DNA of 64,000 nt from a virus, in IMG/VR virus record IMGVR_UViG_3300031539_000007, positions 49,044 through 113,043 of that record; one strand, 5' to 3'. The notes below the pieces were generated by a model that was not told the origin of the DNA, made no database searches, and saw only the letters and a list, made by a program, of their open reading frames with translations. Positions 47,815-56,330 of this stretch are shown in pieces (positions within the stretch are counted from its first letter, which is position 1; the number at the start of each line of letters is the position of its first letter). The translations under genes were made by a program, and so were the position numbers.

Positions 47815-48384
47815 GTGGGTTCACACTTCCAAAGCATCATCGAGCGCGTTGTAGGCGCATGGCTATACGGATACGAAGTCAAAACAGACTATCGCCCAGA
47901 GTGGATGCATGGATTAGAACTGGACATCTACTTTCCAGAACTGAGGCTCGCCATTGAAGTACAAGGAGAACAGCACTTCCAAGATATACCAGGGATGGGC
48001 AGTTGGGGAACACAGAGAGGGCGAGACTTGGATAAGATCGAACTGTGCAAGAAGCTAAACATCTCTCTGGTATGGGTGACTCTGAAGAAGCTGACAATCG
48101 AGAACTTACGCTTGCAGATACTAGCTTGGTCTATAGACAACCCAAAGAGGGGAGCTATTAAAGCAAGAATCTCATCGCCGGTTAATCCACAAGTCCTACA
48201 AGAATTCACAGACTACGTTTCAGCATGGGGACACACGACACAGAAGCGCGGAGAAAAAGAACGCATCGCAGAGCAGAAACTCAAAGACAAAGCCCGGCGC
48301 AAAGCGGCAAGGAAATCAAGAAAGAAGCGCGTTCGCATCCGCCAAGCAGAGCAGAAAAGAGCGCGCGCTAACCACACACGTTAA
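47815..48384 (+). CDS. PD-(D/E)xK / DUF559-Vsr-like endonuclease with basic C-tail
   Basis: RP.W...LELDIYFPELRLAIEVQGEQH...Q..RD..K...C; GTG 47815 after AGGAGG. Confidence 0.75.
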   Translation: MGSHFQSIIERVVGAWLYGYEVKTDYRPEWMHGLELDIYFPELRLAIEVQGEQHFQDIPGMGSWGTQRGRDLDKIELCKKLNISLVWVTLKKLTIENLRLQILAWSIDNPKRGAIKARISSPVNPQVLQEFTDYVSAWGHTTQKRGEKERIAEQKLKDKARRKAARKSRKKRVRIRQAEQKRARANHTR

Positions 48385-48402
48385 ACTAGAAAGGAGATTG
48401 TA

Positions 48403-48603
48403 ATGATACCAACGAGCCAGCCAACACGACAAGAAATGTTCTCAGAAATTATATCCTTGCTCAACGATGAAGGCCGCCAGTACGGGGGGCTGTGGAACTG
48501 CGGCTATGAGCTAGGCTACTGTCGCATCTTCCTAGAGGGAGGTATGTGGGAGTGTGAGTGGTTTGACGAGGCCGAGACGTTTGGTACTCTGTTGTGGATA
48601 TAA
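48403..48603 (+). CDS. Hypothetical protein flanked by 28-bp direct repeats
   Basis: AGAAAGGAG RBS. Confidence 0.55.
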   Translation: MIPTSQPTRQEMFSEIISLLNDEGRQYGGLWNCGYELGYCRIFLEGGMWECEWFDEAETFGTLLWI

Positions 48604-48653
48604 TGTGTTACGGCCCGCTTAACCACATACGTTAAACTAGAAAGGAGCATACG

Positions 48654-48953
48654 ATGACGCAAGCACAATTGCCAGAAGAGTTGACTTTGAAAAGACTGCG
48701 AGACTTACCAGAGGGCATGTGTTGTTTTGTTGATCCAGACGCCATGTTTGCTGGCGAAAGCGGTAGCCTATGGTTGCTCGCGGATGCGGCATACACCGAC
48801 TGTAGTTTTTACAATCGGTTGTTTATCGCAAAACACAACGGTGAATACTTCGTTGACGCAACGCGGTGTACGTATAAATGGGCGAGGACAAGTTGCACCA
48901 CATATAATGCAATTCCTGTTTCTGATTTCTATTACATTGCAACAGACGGTTGA
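48654..48953 (+). CDS. Hypothetical protein (paralog of 50432-50752)
   Basis: LRDL..G....V.P.AM....G..WL. Confidence 0.65.
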   Translation: MTQAQLPEELTLKRLRDLPEGMCCFVDPDAMFAGESGSLWLLADAAYTDCSFYNRLFIAKHNGEYFVDATRCTYKWARTSCTTYNAIPVSDFYYIATDG

Positions 48954-48974
48954 TATAACAGAAAGGAGCACACG

Positions 48975-49259
48975 ATGATTTACCAGCAATTCCAGCAGCA
49001 GTACGATGACATCCCGTTCGATTACAAGACGCAGCGTGCCGAGTACAGAGCCGCCATCAAGAATATCACCGCGCAATTCAAGGCGGCGCTTGCCGTTGAA
49101 TATCATCTCAGTGGATACAACCCTGCAATCTCTGACACAGTGTGGGAACTTGCTTGGGAGGATGGGCATAGCCACGGGTATTCCGAGGTCGAGATTCACT
49201 ATGCCGATTTCGCGGCATTCGCAGAGAAGATTGTCGCTGCGACACCTACTCAAAGATGA
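48975..49259 (+). CDS. Hypothetical protein (paralog of N-terminus of 49930-50412)
   Basis: FK.ALAVEY..VW.LA; AWEDGHSHGYSEV. Confidence 0.7.
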   Translation: MIYQQFQQQYDDIPFDYKTQRAEYRAAIKNITAQFKAALAVEYHLSGYNPAISDTVWELAWEDGHSHGYSEVEIHYADFAAFAEKIVAATPTQR

Positions 49260-49264
49260 GTAGG
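49245..49264. repeat. Motif 2 copy
   Basis: Contains TGA stop of 48975-49259. Confidence 0.85.
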
Positions 49265-49467
49265 CGACAAGCACAAGAACCTAATCCAGCACACACTTTA
49301 CAAGCTCCCCCAGTCCGGTGACATTCATCACAGCAGGCTATGACATCTATCACATCACAGCCTGCTTTCTTGTGGTAGAATGGTAGAGTAGGGTGAGGGG
49401 GAACTTTTAAGGTAAGAGCATCTAGCGTTATATCAACAAGACCTGTAGAGCAGAAAGGAGAGCACGA

Positions 49468-49761
49468 ATGGCACGCCCAACAGAAATAACCGCAGAGATT
49501 CTAGCGAAGTACTCCGATATTGATGATGGCCTCATTGCCCAAGACATCGCCGAGACAGAGCGCGAGATAGCACTAATGACAATAATGGTTGCTGGGCTTG
49601 AAGCCGAAGCAAATCTAAACACAGGGCTTCCGTCTGGCAAGATGGCTGCGTTCATGGCTGAGGCAAAGCAACAAGGTATCAATGATCGTCGCGGGTTTGT
49701 TGATTTCCTAAAGGCGTTGCAGTCAGCAAGGGGAGAAATGGCGCGCCGATACCATTCATGA
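49468..49761 (+). CDS. Hypothetical protein
   Basis: AGAAAGGAG RBS. Confidence 0.6.
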   Translation: MARPTEITAEILAKYSDIDDGLIAQDIAETEREIALMTIMVAGLEAEANLNTGLPSGKMAAFMAEAKQQGINDRRGFVDFLKALQSARGEMARRYHS

Positions 49762-49929
49762 ATTACCGCACAGGGTTGAGCCAGAACCTCAAACAGATGA
49801 CGACGCTGCATGGCGGGCGTGGTACGACAAACAGGGCAGCCTCAAAAGTGCCGGGCGCGACTGGCTTGATGCTCATTACCCCGAATGGCGAGACCCCAAG
49901 GCGTATCGGCAAACCAGAAAGGAGACGCG

Positions 49930-50412
49930 ATGATTTACGAACAGTATGAAAAAGAGCAGCAGAACAGCGAGTTCAAATCTGCGCTTGCCGTTGAATATCT
50001 TGATGGGTACCAGAACACAATCCAAGACGCCGTATGGAATCTCGCACTAGAAGAAAGGCAAAGCTACGGGAGCTGTGGGATTGAGCTTGGCTATGCTAAA
50101 TATTCAGCATTCGCAAAGAATATTCTTGTGCATGGCGCAAAGGCTGCTGCGCCGCCCGTATGGAATGGCATCGACGATGACGATATGCACCACAAAGTAA
50201 TTTCGTTTGAGTTTGTGTTGAGCCATGTGCGCAAAGCCGGTGACGCATTGCATGTTGATATATGGTATCCATCTCAGTCTGGGGTAAAGGCAATTGAGAT
50301 TGGCCTAATTGATGTGCGGGCCGCCGACGACATTCGTGTTGAGTATGATTATCATCGTGACGGATGGGTAATCAAACGGGGCGATAAAGAAGTTTTATTT
50401 GTGGCCGAGTAG
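49930..50412 (+). CDS. Hypothetical two-part protein
   Basis: AGAAAGGAG RBS; C-terminal DVRAADDIRV.YD..RDGWVI. Confidence 0.65.
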   Translation: MIYEQYEKEQQNSEFKSALAVEYLDGYQNTIQDAVWNLALEERQSYGSCGIELGYAKYSAFAKNILVHGAKAAAPPVWNGIDDDDMHHKVISFEFVLSHVRKAGDALHVDIWYPSQSGVKAIEIGLIDVRAADDIRVEYDYHRDGWVIKRGDKEVLFVAE

Positions 50413-50431
50413 GGCAGAAAGGAGAACACTG

Positions 50432-50752
50432 ATGGATAGCAGCGAATTAAGAAAACAAATAACAATGCGACGAGATAGGTTGCCAAAGCACTTCATTCAA
50501 AAGACTCTCAGAGACCTTGCCGTTGGCGAGTCTGCATACACCGTCCCTTGGGCGATGTCTGTAGATTCAGAGGGGCGCGCATGGTTGAGCCTTGGCTTCC
50601 CTGCCGAAGACTCGCCATTCGGGACTGCCGCTATGCTAGTAGAGCGTTGCGAGGATGGTTACGGTGTAAATTTGTGGCATTGTAGAGACAGCAAGTGGAA
50701 TGCTGAATCTATACCGAGCGGATACGTCCCTGTTATGTGCATTGCTGAGTAG
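50432..50752 (+). CDS. Hypothetical protein (paralog of 48654-48953)
   Basis: AGAAAGGAG RBS. Confidence 0.65.
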   Translation: MDSSELRKQITMRRDRLPKHFIQKTLRDLAVGESAYTVPWAMSVDSEGRAWLSLGFPAEDSPFGTAAMLVERCEDGYGVNLWHCRDSKWNAESIPSGYVPVMCIAE

Positions 50753-50772
50753 AGCAAAGGGGGGAGCTTGTA

Positions 50773-51165
50773 ATGACAATACGCGAAGAGTATGTTCTTG
50801 AAATCGCCAGGTTATCCTACGCGCAAGCCATAGGGATTGCCGAGCTACCAGCGTTCATCGACGAGCAATTCGTACAGCACTATAACTCTGCTGGCCGTGA
50901 GTATTACCTGGCATTGAATCAGCGCCAGCTCGCACGTCTCTGTAATGATGTGTGGCGCAGAGCAGAAGTGTTACGTTCTGGCGATGCAGCCAAGCTAGGA
51001 ATGTTAATCATGGAGCTGCCAGAGGTGCAGGAGAACAAGGCCATGTCCCCACTTGTGTTTGAAGTGCTTGGCGTGCTTATGAAGCGTATTGATGCAACCT
51101 TTGACGAAAATGCGTGGGGTGTCAGCGAAAGGCTGACTGTAATCGAACGCGAAGGAGGACATTGA
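50773..51165 (+). CDS. Hypothetical protein
   Basis: GGGGAG RBS. Confidence 0.6.
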   Translation: MTIREEYVLEIARLSYAQAIGIAELPAFIDEQFVQHYNSAGREYYLALNQRQLARLCNDVWRRAEVLRSGDAAKLGMLIMELPEVQENKAMSPLVFEVLGVLMKRIDATFDENAWGVSERLTVIEREGGH

Positions 51166-51392
51166 TGGATAGCGACAACGATGTGGCATTGCAATTCATA
51201 GCACAGCTAATAAACGAGGGCGTGTCATCGAAGGTTGGGTATACTGCGGTGGTGCGCTGGTGGTGCCTGCGCGACGAGCTGAAAGAAAAGTATCTTGAAG
51301 AGGCTCGCTCTATGGTAACGGCGTGGCACGCCAAAGAGGACGAGGAGTTGCGCTGGGCAGAAGGGATAGAAGCAGGGGCGCGCAATGGATAG
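51165..51392 (+). CDS. Hypothetical protein
   Basis: AGGAGG RBS, coupled. Confidence 0.55.
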   Translation: MDSDNDVALQFIAQLINEGVSSKVGYTAVVRWWCLRDELKEKYLEEARSMVTAWHAKEDEELRWAEGIEAGARNG

Positions 51393-51861
51393 CAAACTAA
51401 GAGAACGACTACTAGATGCGATAGCACCGTTCGTGACTGGCGCTGCGTATGCGCTGATTGTCAAGATGGAGGAGCAGCCTAACTCCAGCCTTGTTACATT
51501 CCGGGAATATGCACCCCTGAGCTTCTACGACCTACGCAGGCTGCGTGACGTGTATGAAGAGCTACTGGCGCAGTGACATTCAGCGCCGAACGGCATGACA
51601 TCTGCCATTGGCGTTATGCTGTAATGGTGATATACTAGGCATAGTTCAGAAAGGAGACTATAACAATGATGTGGAAGATTTTAGCAGTTACTGGCGGTGG
51701 CGTTTTCTTCTGTGGTGAAGAGCATTTGGTTGAGAATCCAGAAGAAGCAAAATGGTTTGACGACATTAGCGATTTGCTAGACACGGTTCGCGATATTATG
51801 ACTCTCAACCTTGATGGTGTTGTGCAAGTAAGGCTCATTTCAGATTCGTTTTAGGCAACAT

Positions 51862-51935
51862 CTACGTGTAGCCAAACTGGATAAGGCGCTGGCTTTGGGT
51901 GCCAGGAATTGCTGGTTCGACTCCGGCCACGTAGA
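51862..51935 (+). tRNA. tRNA-Pro (UGG)
   Basis: CTACGTG/CACGTAG acceptor, A73, CTGGC-TTTGGGT-GCCAG anticodon arm, GTTCGACTC T-arm. Confidence 0.9.
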
Positions 51936-52086
51936 CTGCGATGGTCACTGAGGGCGCTATTAAAATGCTTCGGGGAGAAACACTAGGGTGATTGGCAGCC
52001 AGTAGCGAGCGACCTGAGCCATTGCAAAAGAGGTTAATCTCACCTCCAATTGCGACGGCCTCGCTACAAGTAGGCCGAACGAGATA

Positions 52087-52199
52087 CCGGTGTTGGCGTT
52101 CAGGTGAAACGCAGGCGCGACATAATATCGGGAGTACACCCCCCGACGCCGAGGGCCTTTGCAACATCTGCCCACTGGGTTCGATTCCCAGACACCGAG
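52087..52199 (+). ncRNA. tRNA-like RNA with expanded anticodon and variable regions
   Basis: CGGTGT/ACACCG acceptor, GCGT-TCAGGTGAA-ACGC D-arm, CTGGG-TTCGATT-CCCAG T-arm. Confidence 0.65.
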
Positions 52200-52225
52200 T
52201 TATCTTTACCAGAAAGGAGCGTGTA

Positions 52226-52447
52226 GTGAAAGCTGTCCGCAGGGCTGTGTATATCGTTTTGTTTGTTTGCGTTGTGCTGCTGTTGTTTAGTGGCATTGCG
52301 CCAGGTGTGATAATCGCATCATTCTTCCAGTCCATAGGGCCAGGCGGGATGCTGGCACTCGTTGTTTTCTGTACTTGGGTAGGCTGTCGTTTTCTGTGGC
52401 GGTATCCCAGTGCCCCGGTGATTGTTGAAGTGGAGGCCGAACGATGA
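52226..52447 (+). CDS. Small membrane protein (2 TM)
   Basis: AGAAAGGAG RBS, GTG start. Confidence 0.55.
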   Translation: MKAVRRAVYIVLFVCVVLLLFSGIAPGVIIASFFQSIGPGGMLALVVFCTWVGCRFLWRYPSAPVIVEVEAER

Positions 52448-52526
52448 AAAAGAAGCTTATCGCTGTTCTGTTGGCCGCGCTCGCGTGTTGTATCACGTAC
52501 TACGCCAACTTTTGCGGAGGTAGATA

Positions 52527-53039
52527 ATGGCTCTTGTTAAAGTGACTGTAGAGAAGCTAGTCCCAGGCGAGAAGATTTACGCTCGCCATGATGACGATAT
52601 GTATCTGTATGATATAGATGCTACTACCGCCCCAATTCAAAAGGAAACTGTTTCTCGTGGATGGTATGATGAGTTAGTCAATGCCGTGATGACATCCGCG
52701 AACTACTTCCTCGAATTCGATGTTATCGTACAAGAATTCAACGGCGAGAAACTGAGCGGTGTGGCTTGGGATGTTGACGAGATCGGGCTAGATGATGCGC
52801 TTGCTATTTCTGAAAACAAGCAGTTCTATGTTGACCTGGCTATTAAGGGCGTAGAAGAATTGTGCGCCAAGCGCAAAGAGCTAGTGCCCGACAAGTGGAC
52901 GTACTCGTTCTTCACGGCCTGGGGCTTTTGGAACGACACTATTGATACAGAGATTGGCCGTGAATATGATTGCGGCTGTGAATATCTTGGCACAGTAGAC
53001 CTTGAGGAGTTCCCACTGGAGGTTGTGGAAGATGAATAA
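52527..53039 (+). CDS. Acidic hypothetical protein
   Basis: GGAGG RBS. Confidence 0.65.
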   Translation: MALVKVTVEKLVPGEKIYARHDDDMYLYDIDATTAPIQKETVSRGWYDELVNAVMTSANYFLEFDVIVQEFNGEKLSGVAWDVDEIGLDDALAISENKQFYVDLAIKGVEELCAKRKELVPDKWTYSFFTAWGFWNDTIDTEIGREYDCGCEYLGTVDLEEFPLEVVEDE

Positions 53040-53584
53040 CGAAATGCAAATTGAAACGGGGTTCTACTATTGGTACAAGCACAAGGCCGCCAGCCAGTGG
53101 AATATCGGGTATGTATACGAAACCAGTGATGACGTGCGAATGTCTCTTATTGACGGTGGCTATGTACCTATAGAGCAGATAGACCTGGAGCACTTTGAGT
53201 TTGTTAAGATTGAGCCACCACAAGGAGCAAGAAATGTGTGACAATCAGAAATTCTCACAACACGAAGAAAAGTATCGGTTTATTATTGAACTAGTTACCG
53301 GAGTAACATTAGAAGAGTGGAGGGAGAACAATAAAATACTTAGCAAAGCAATGTCGCGCATTGGAGGTTATTGATGTTGTTACGCTACTTCACTGATTGG
53401 TTCATTACCTGCGCGCTCACTGTTGTTACAATATATTTTCTGTTGCCGTGGGTGTCTACATTCACTAACATCCAGAAGCAAATTGTTGGCGGAGCAGTCC
53501 CGCTGGCAATCTATGTGATCGTCAACGCTGTCCACATATACATCACGTTGAGGGTGCGCAAATCCCAAATAGAGAGGTACTATT

Positions 53585-53806
53585 ATGAGCGATAATTCAG
53601 AAATGCAAGACGTGTTTTCTTTGCTGCGCGCTATTGAAGCCGAAGAGATCGTAGACGCAATGGGTGTTGACTGGTGGCATAGCGCCGGACGCAAAACATT
53701 CGTCAAGTATGCGGATACGCTTCTCGCCCTCAATATTCCAAGCGAAGTTGTTGCTGACGTTCTCAATGGTTTGCACAGCGCGGTTGCTGGGGAGTACGGC
53801 GAATGA
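53585..53806 (+). CDS. Hypothetical protein
   Basis: GAGG RBS. Confidence 0.55.
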   Translation: MSDNSEMQDVFSLLRAIEAEEIVDAMGVDWWHSAGRKTFVKYADTLLALNIPSEVVADVLNGLHSAVAGEYGE

Positions 53807-54087
53807 GCTGGGATCATAGAGTTGTTCGCCAAACACTACCAGACGGCAGCTATTGGTACAGTGTGCGCGAGGTATTCTACAACGATGACGGGACTATCTA
53901 TGCGTACACAGAGAACCCCGTGAATATTTCTGGCGAGTCGATTGAGGACTTGCGTGAGTACATACAGTGGATTCTTCATTGCACTTCTGAGCCAATGCTT
54001 ATTGACGGCGAGGTGGAGTTTGTAGATCACTATGACGACAATGAAGATTTTGATCTTACTGGCTACTTGGCAAAATGTTTGCTGTGA
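53803..54087 (+). CDS. Phage hypothetical protein
   Basis: W.HRVV...Y..REVFY..DG..TE.P....GES.E.L. Confidence 0.7.
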   Translation: MSWDHRVVRQTLPDGSYWYSVREVFYNDDGTIYAYTENPVNISGESIEDLREYIQWILHCTSEPMLIDGEVEFVDHYDDNEDFDLTGYLAKCLL

Positions 54088-54099
54088 AGGGGGGCGACG

Positions 54100-54516
54100 A
54101 TGAAGACTTTTGAAAGATCGTGGATAGGGGCTTTTATGATTGCCAGCTACTTGATGATAGCTTGCGTTGCTTGCGTTATAGGTATGTTGTTGGTGCCGTC
54201 AGGCTGCGATAACGTTGTAACGTTGCTTCCAACGCGCGCGGCAACCGCTATAACAGTCAGTACGCCGCCCCATACGCCAGCGCCAGTCCCTGCTGTATAT
54301 CTTCCTGTGCCAACTAACACACCGGCACTGGTGGGTGGCGTTGTTGAGCCATCAGCAGAGGCCTGCTTTTGTTTTGGCGACTCTAATTACTGTGCCGATT
54401 TTCAGTCTTACACAGAAGCGCCGTGGTGCTTTGTGCGTTGCGTTTTCACTATTGATGGTGTTGTTCATGTGCTGGATAGTGATAGCTATGGCACTGCTTG
54501 TGAGTTGTTGCCGTGA
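54100..54516 (+). CDS. Membrane-anchored protein with degenerate Excalibur-like C-terminal domain
   Basis: TM, PT-rich linker, CADF....EA..CF..C.....H.LD.D..G.ACE.LP. Confidence 0.65.
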   Translation: MKTFERSWIGAFMIASYLMIACVACVIGMLLVPSGCDNVVTLLPTRAATAITVSTPPHTPAPVPAVYLPVPTNTPALVGGVVEPSAEACFCFGDSNYCADFQSYTEAPWCFVRCVFTIDGVVHVLDSDSYGTACELLP

Positions 54517-54818
54517 AAACACGAATCGCATTACTTGGCCTTACATTTCTGTTACAGATAGCCGATCTGTGGTCTACTGGTTCAGATGTGAGGATAGAGG
54601 GGAACCCGTTTATGGCCGCGCTCTGGACATCTGCCGGATACATACCCCTGGTTGCATTGAAGATGGGCGTGGCGCTGTGTCTTGTTGTGGCGTACCTCCT
54701 GCTCGCTATATGTGCGCCCAGGTACGGGAAACTCTATCTCTTGTCCCTGACTATATGTAATGTGGCAATGATTGGAGTGGTAGTACGGAATGTGTTCGTC
54801 CAGTGGTTATATTTCTGA
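54513..54818 (+). CDS. DUF5658-like membrane protein
   Basis: D...T....EGNPFM...LK pattern, 3 TM. Confidence 0.6.
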   Translation: MKTRIALLGLTFLLQIADLWSTGSDVRIEGNPFMAALWTSAGYIPLVALKMGVALCLVVAYLLLAICAPRYGKLYLLSLTICNVAMIGVVVRNVFVQWLYF

Positions 54819-55138
54819 CGAGGAGGGCGATGATGGGCTGCGATCACTATTACGTGAACGACGACGAGATGATAGCGTTTTCAGAGGTTGACGATACAGT
54901 GCCGTGCTTGTGTACGTTCCCGCACGCACAGATCGACGCAGACACAGTGCTGTCCCTGGCACTGCTCGGTGCAGCCGTGGTGCTGTTGACGCACGAGGAC
55001 ATCGTTGCGCCAGCATATCTGCCGCATGCCGTTCCTGTGTGGATACGCGACGAAATCAAGCGCAATCTTGACGTTCTAAGTGTCGCACAGAACGGTGATG
55101 AATGTCACTAGCTATAAACTGGATACGTGATACAATTA

Positions 55139-55156
55139 TACTCATCTTTGAGTAGG
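55139..55156. repeat. Motif 2 copy
   Basis: TACTCA-TCTT-TGAGTAGG abutting RBS. Confidence 0.8.
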
Positions 55157-55166
55157 AGAGGATTCT

Positions 55167-55421
55167 ATGAGTGGAGTTGCCGTACATACCAATGTATCTT
55201 ATACCCTGACCGTTGACTTCGAGAACGGTTATTCGTTCTCGATGCAGTCGTTTGATATGCGTGTCTGTGCCGAAGAGTATTGCCGCCAGATGATGTGCAA
55301 CCGCAGGTTCGGTCACTACCCTTCAGAGAAGTCTGAGTGGCGGTACTTCGACGACTGCCTGGACGCCCATTACGGGCAGCGCTATTACTCGCACTGCCTC
55401 AACGAATTGGGCAAGTGCTAG
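55167..55421 (+). CDS. Hypothetical protein
   Basis: After motif 2 + AGGAG. Confidence 0.55.
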   Translation: MSGVAVHTNVSYTLTVDFENGYSFSMQSFDMRVCAEEYCRQMMCNRRFGHYPSEKSEWRYFDDCLDAHYGQRYYSHCLNELGKC

Positions 55422-55428
55422 GATAAGG

Positions 55429-55457
55429 TTGCTCATCCTAGCCACCCGTGGTATACT
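55429..55457 (+). promoter_or_regulatory. Promoter of replication operon
   Basis: TTGCTC-17nt-TATACT with TG extension. Confidence 0.55.
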
Positions 55458-55488
55458 GATAATCCTCAAACAAACAAGGAGCTAATCT

Positions 55489-55902
55489 ATGTCTTCGTAT
55501 TCTAAAATCATTCTCGTAGGCCGACTGGGTGCCGATGTCGAACTCAGATACACAGAACAGGGCGTCCCAGTTGCAACGTTCAGCCTCGCGGTTGACGACG
55601 GCTATGGCGATAATAAACAAACGCAATGGTATCGCGTGACTGTGTGGCGCAAGACCGCCGAGTCCGCAGCACAGTATTTGTCTAAGGGTAAAGAAGTTCT
55701 TGCTGAGGGACACATGCAAGCCGACAAAGACACCGGCGGCCCGCGTATCTGGACTGACAAGCAAGGCGCAGCGCGGGCGTCGTTTGAGATGACAGCAGAC
55801 CGCATCGTGTTCCTTGGCGGACGTAGCGAGAGCGCGAGTAAGTCTGCTGACACAGGCCCCGCCGGAACAAGCGACGGCTACGGCGACGACATTCCATTCT
55901 GA
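55489..55902 (+). CDS. ssb: Single-stranded DNA-binding protein
   Basis: ILVGRLGADVELRYT..VATFSLAV..WYRVTVW..YLSKG; C-terminal DDIPF. Confidence 0.95.
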   Translation: MSSYSKIILVGRLGADVELRYTEQGVPVATFSLAVDDGYGDNKQTQWYRVTVWRKTAESAAQYLSKGKEVLAEGHMQADKDTGGPRIWTDKQGAARASFEMTADRIVFLGGRSESASKSADTGPAGTSDGYGDDIPF

Positions 55903-56330
55903 TGGTAGCGCCCCACACACAACTCGCGCTGTTTTTCTGGAACGAGATACTGGGCAAGACCGAATCTGACGCTTGGAGTGACGTAACCTTCAAGCGTCAG
56001 TATCTCAGGCACGCATCTTCGGCGCTCAAAGATGGCGCTGATATTGAAATCCTCAAGTTTGCCATGCTTGACCTACGCAGAGACTACGAATCAGGAAAGA
56101 TTGACCGCATTTTCAGTATACAGCAAGCCCTTGACTGGCGCAAGCGCGGTGCCAAGGGAATGACTTACTATCAATGGGCCGAAGCCGAATTAAACGAGCA
56201 GCAGATTCCACCACCTATCTGGGACAGGTTCGCCAGAATGGAATGGGAGCTTAAAAAGGAGATTGTTGGTGGAGAATCAGTACATAGAGCAACAGAAAAC
56301 CATCGCGTACACAGTGCTGGCGCAAGCTAA
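55902..56330 (+). CDS. Hypothetical replication-operon protein
   Basis: Between ssb and helicase. Confidence 0.6.
   Translation: MVAPHTQLALFFWNEILGKTESDAWSDVTFKRQYLRHASSALKDGADIEILKFAMLDLRRDYESGKIDRIFSIQQALDWRKRGAKGMTYYQWAEAELNEQQIPPPIWDRFARMEWELKKEIVGGESVHRATENHRVHSAGAS

Noticed and set aside
47565-47957. 130-aa ORF overlapping the structured region and nuclease
   Set aside because: No recognisable motifs; its internal ATG (47805) is 1 nt from the SD, while GTG 47815 in the nuclease frame is properly spaced.
52087-52199. tmRNA
   Set aside because: Too short, has a full D-stem, no G3:U70 alanine identity and no tag ORF.
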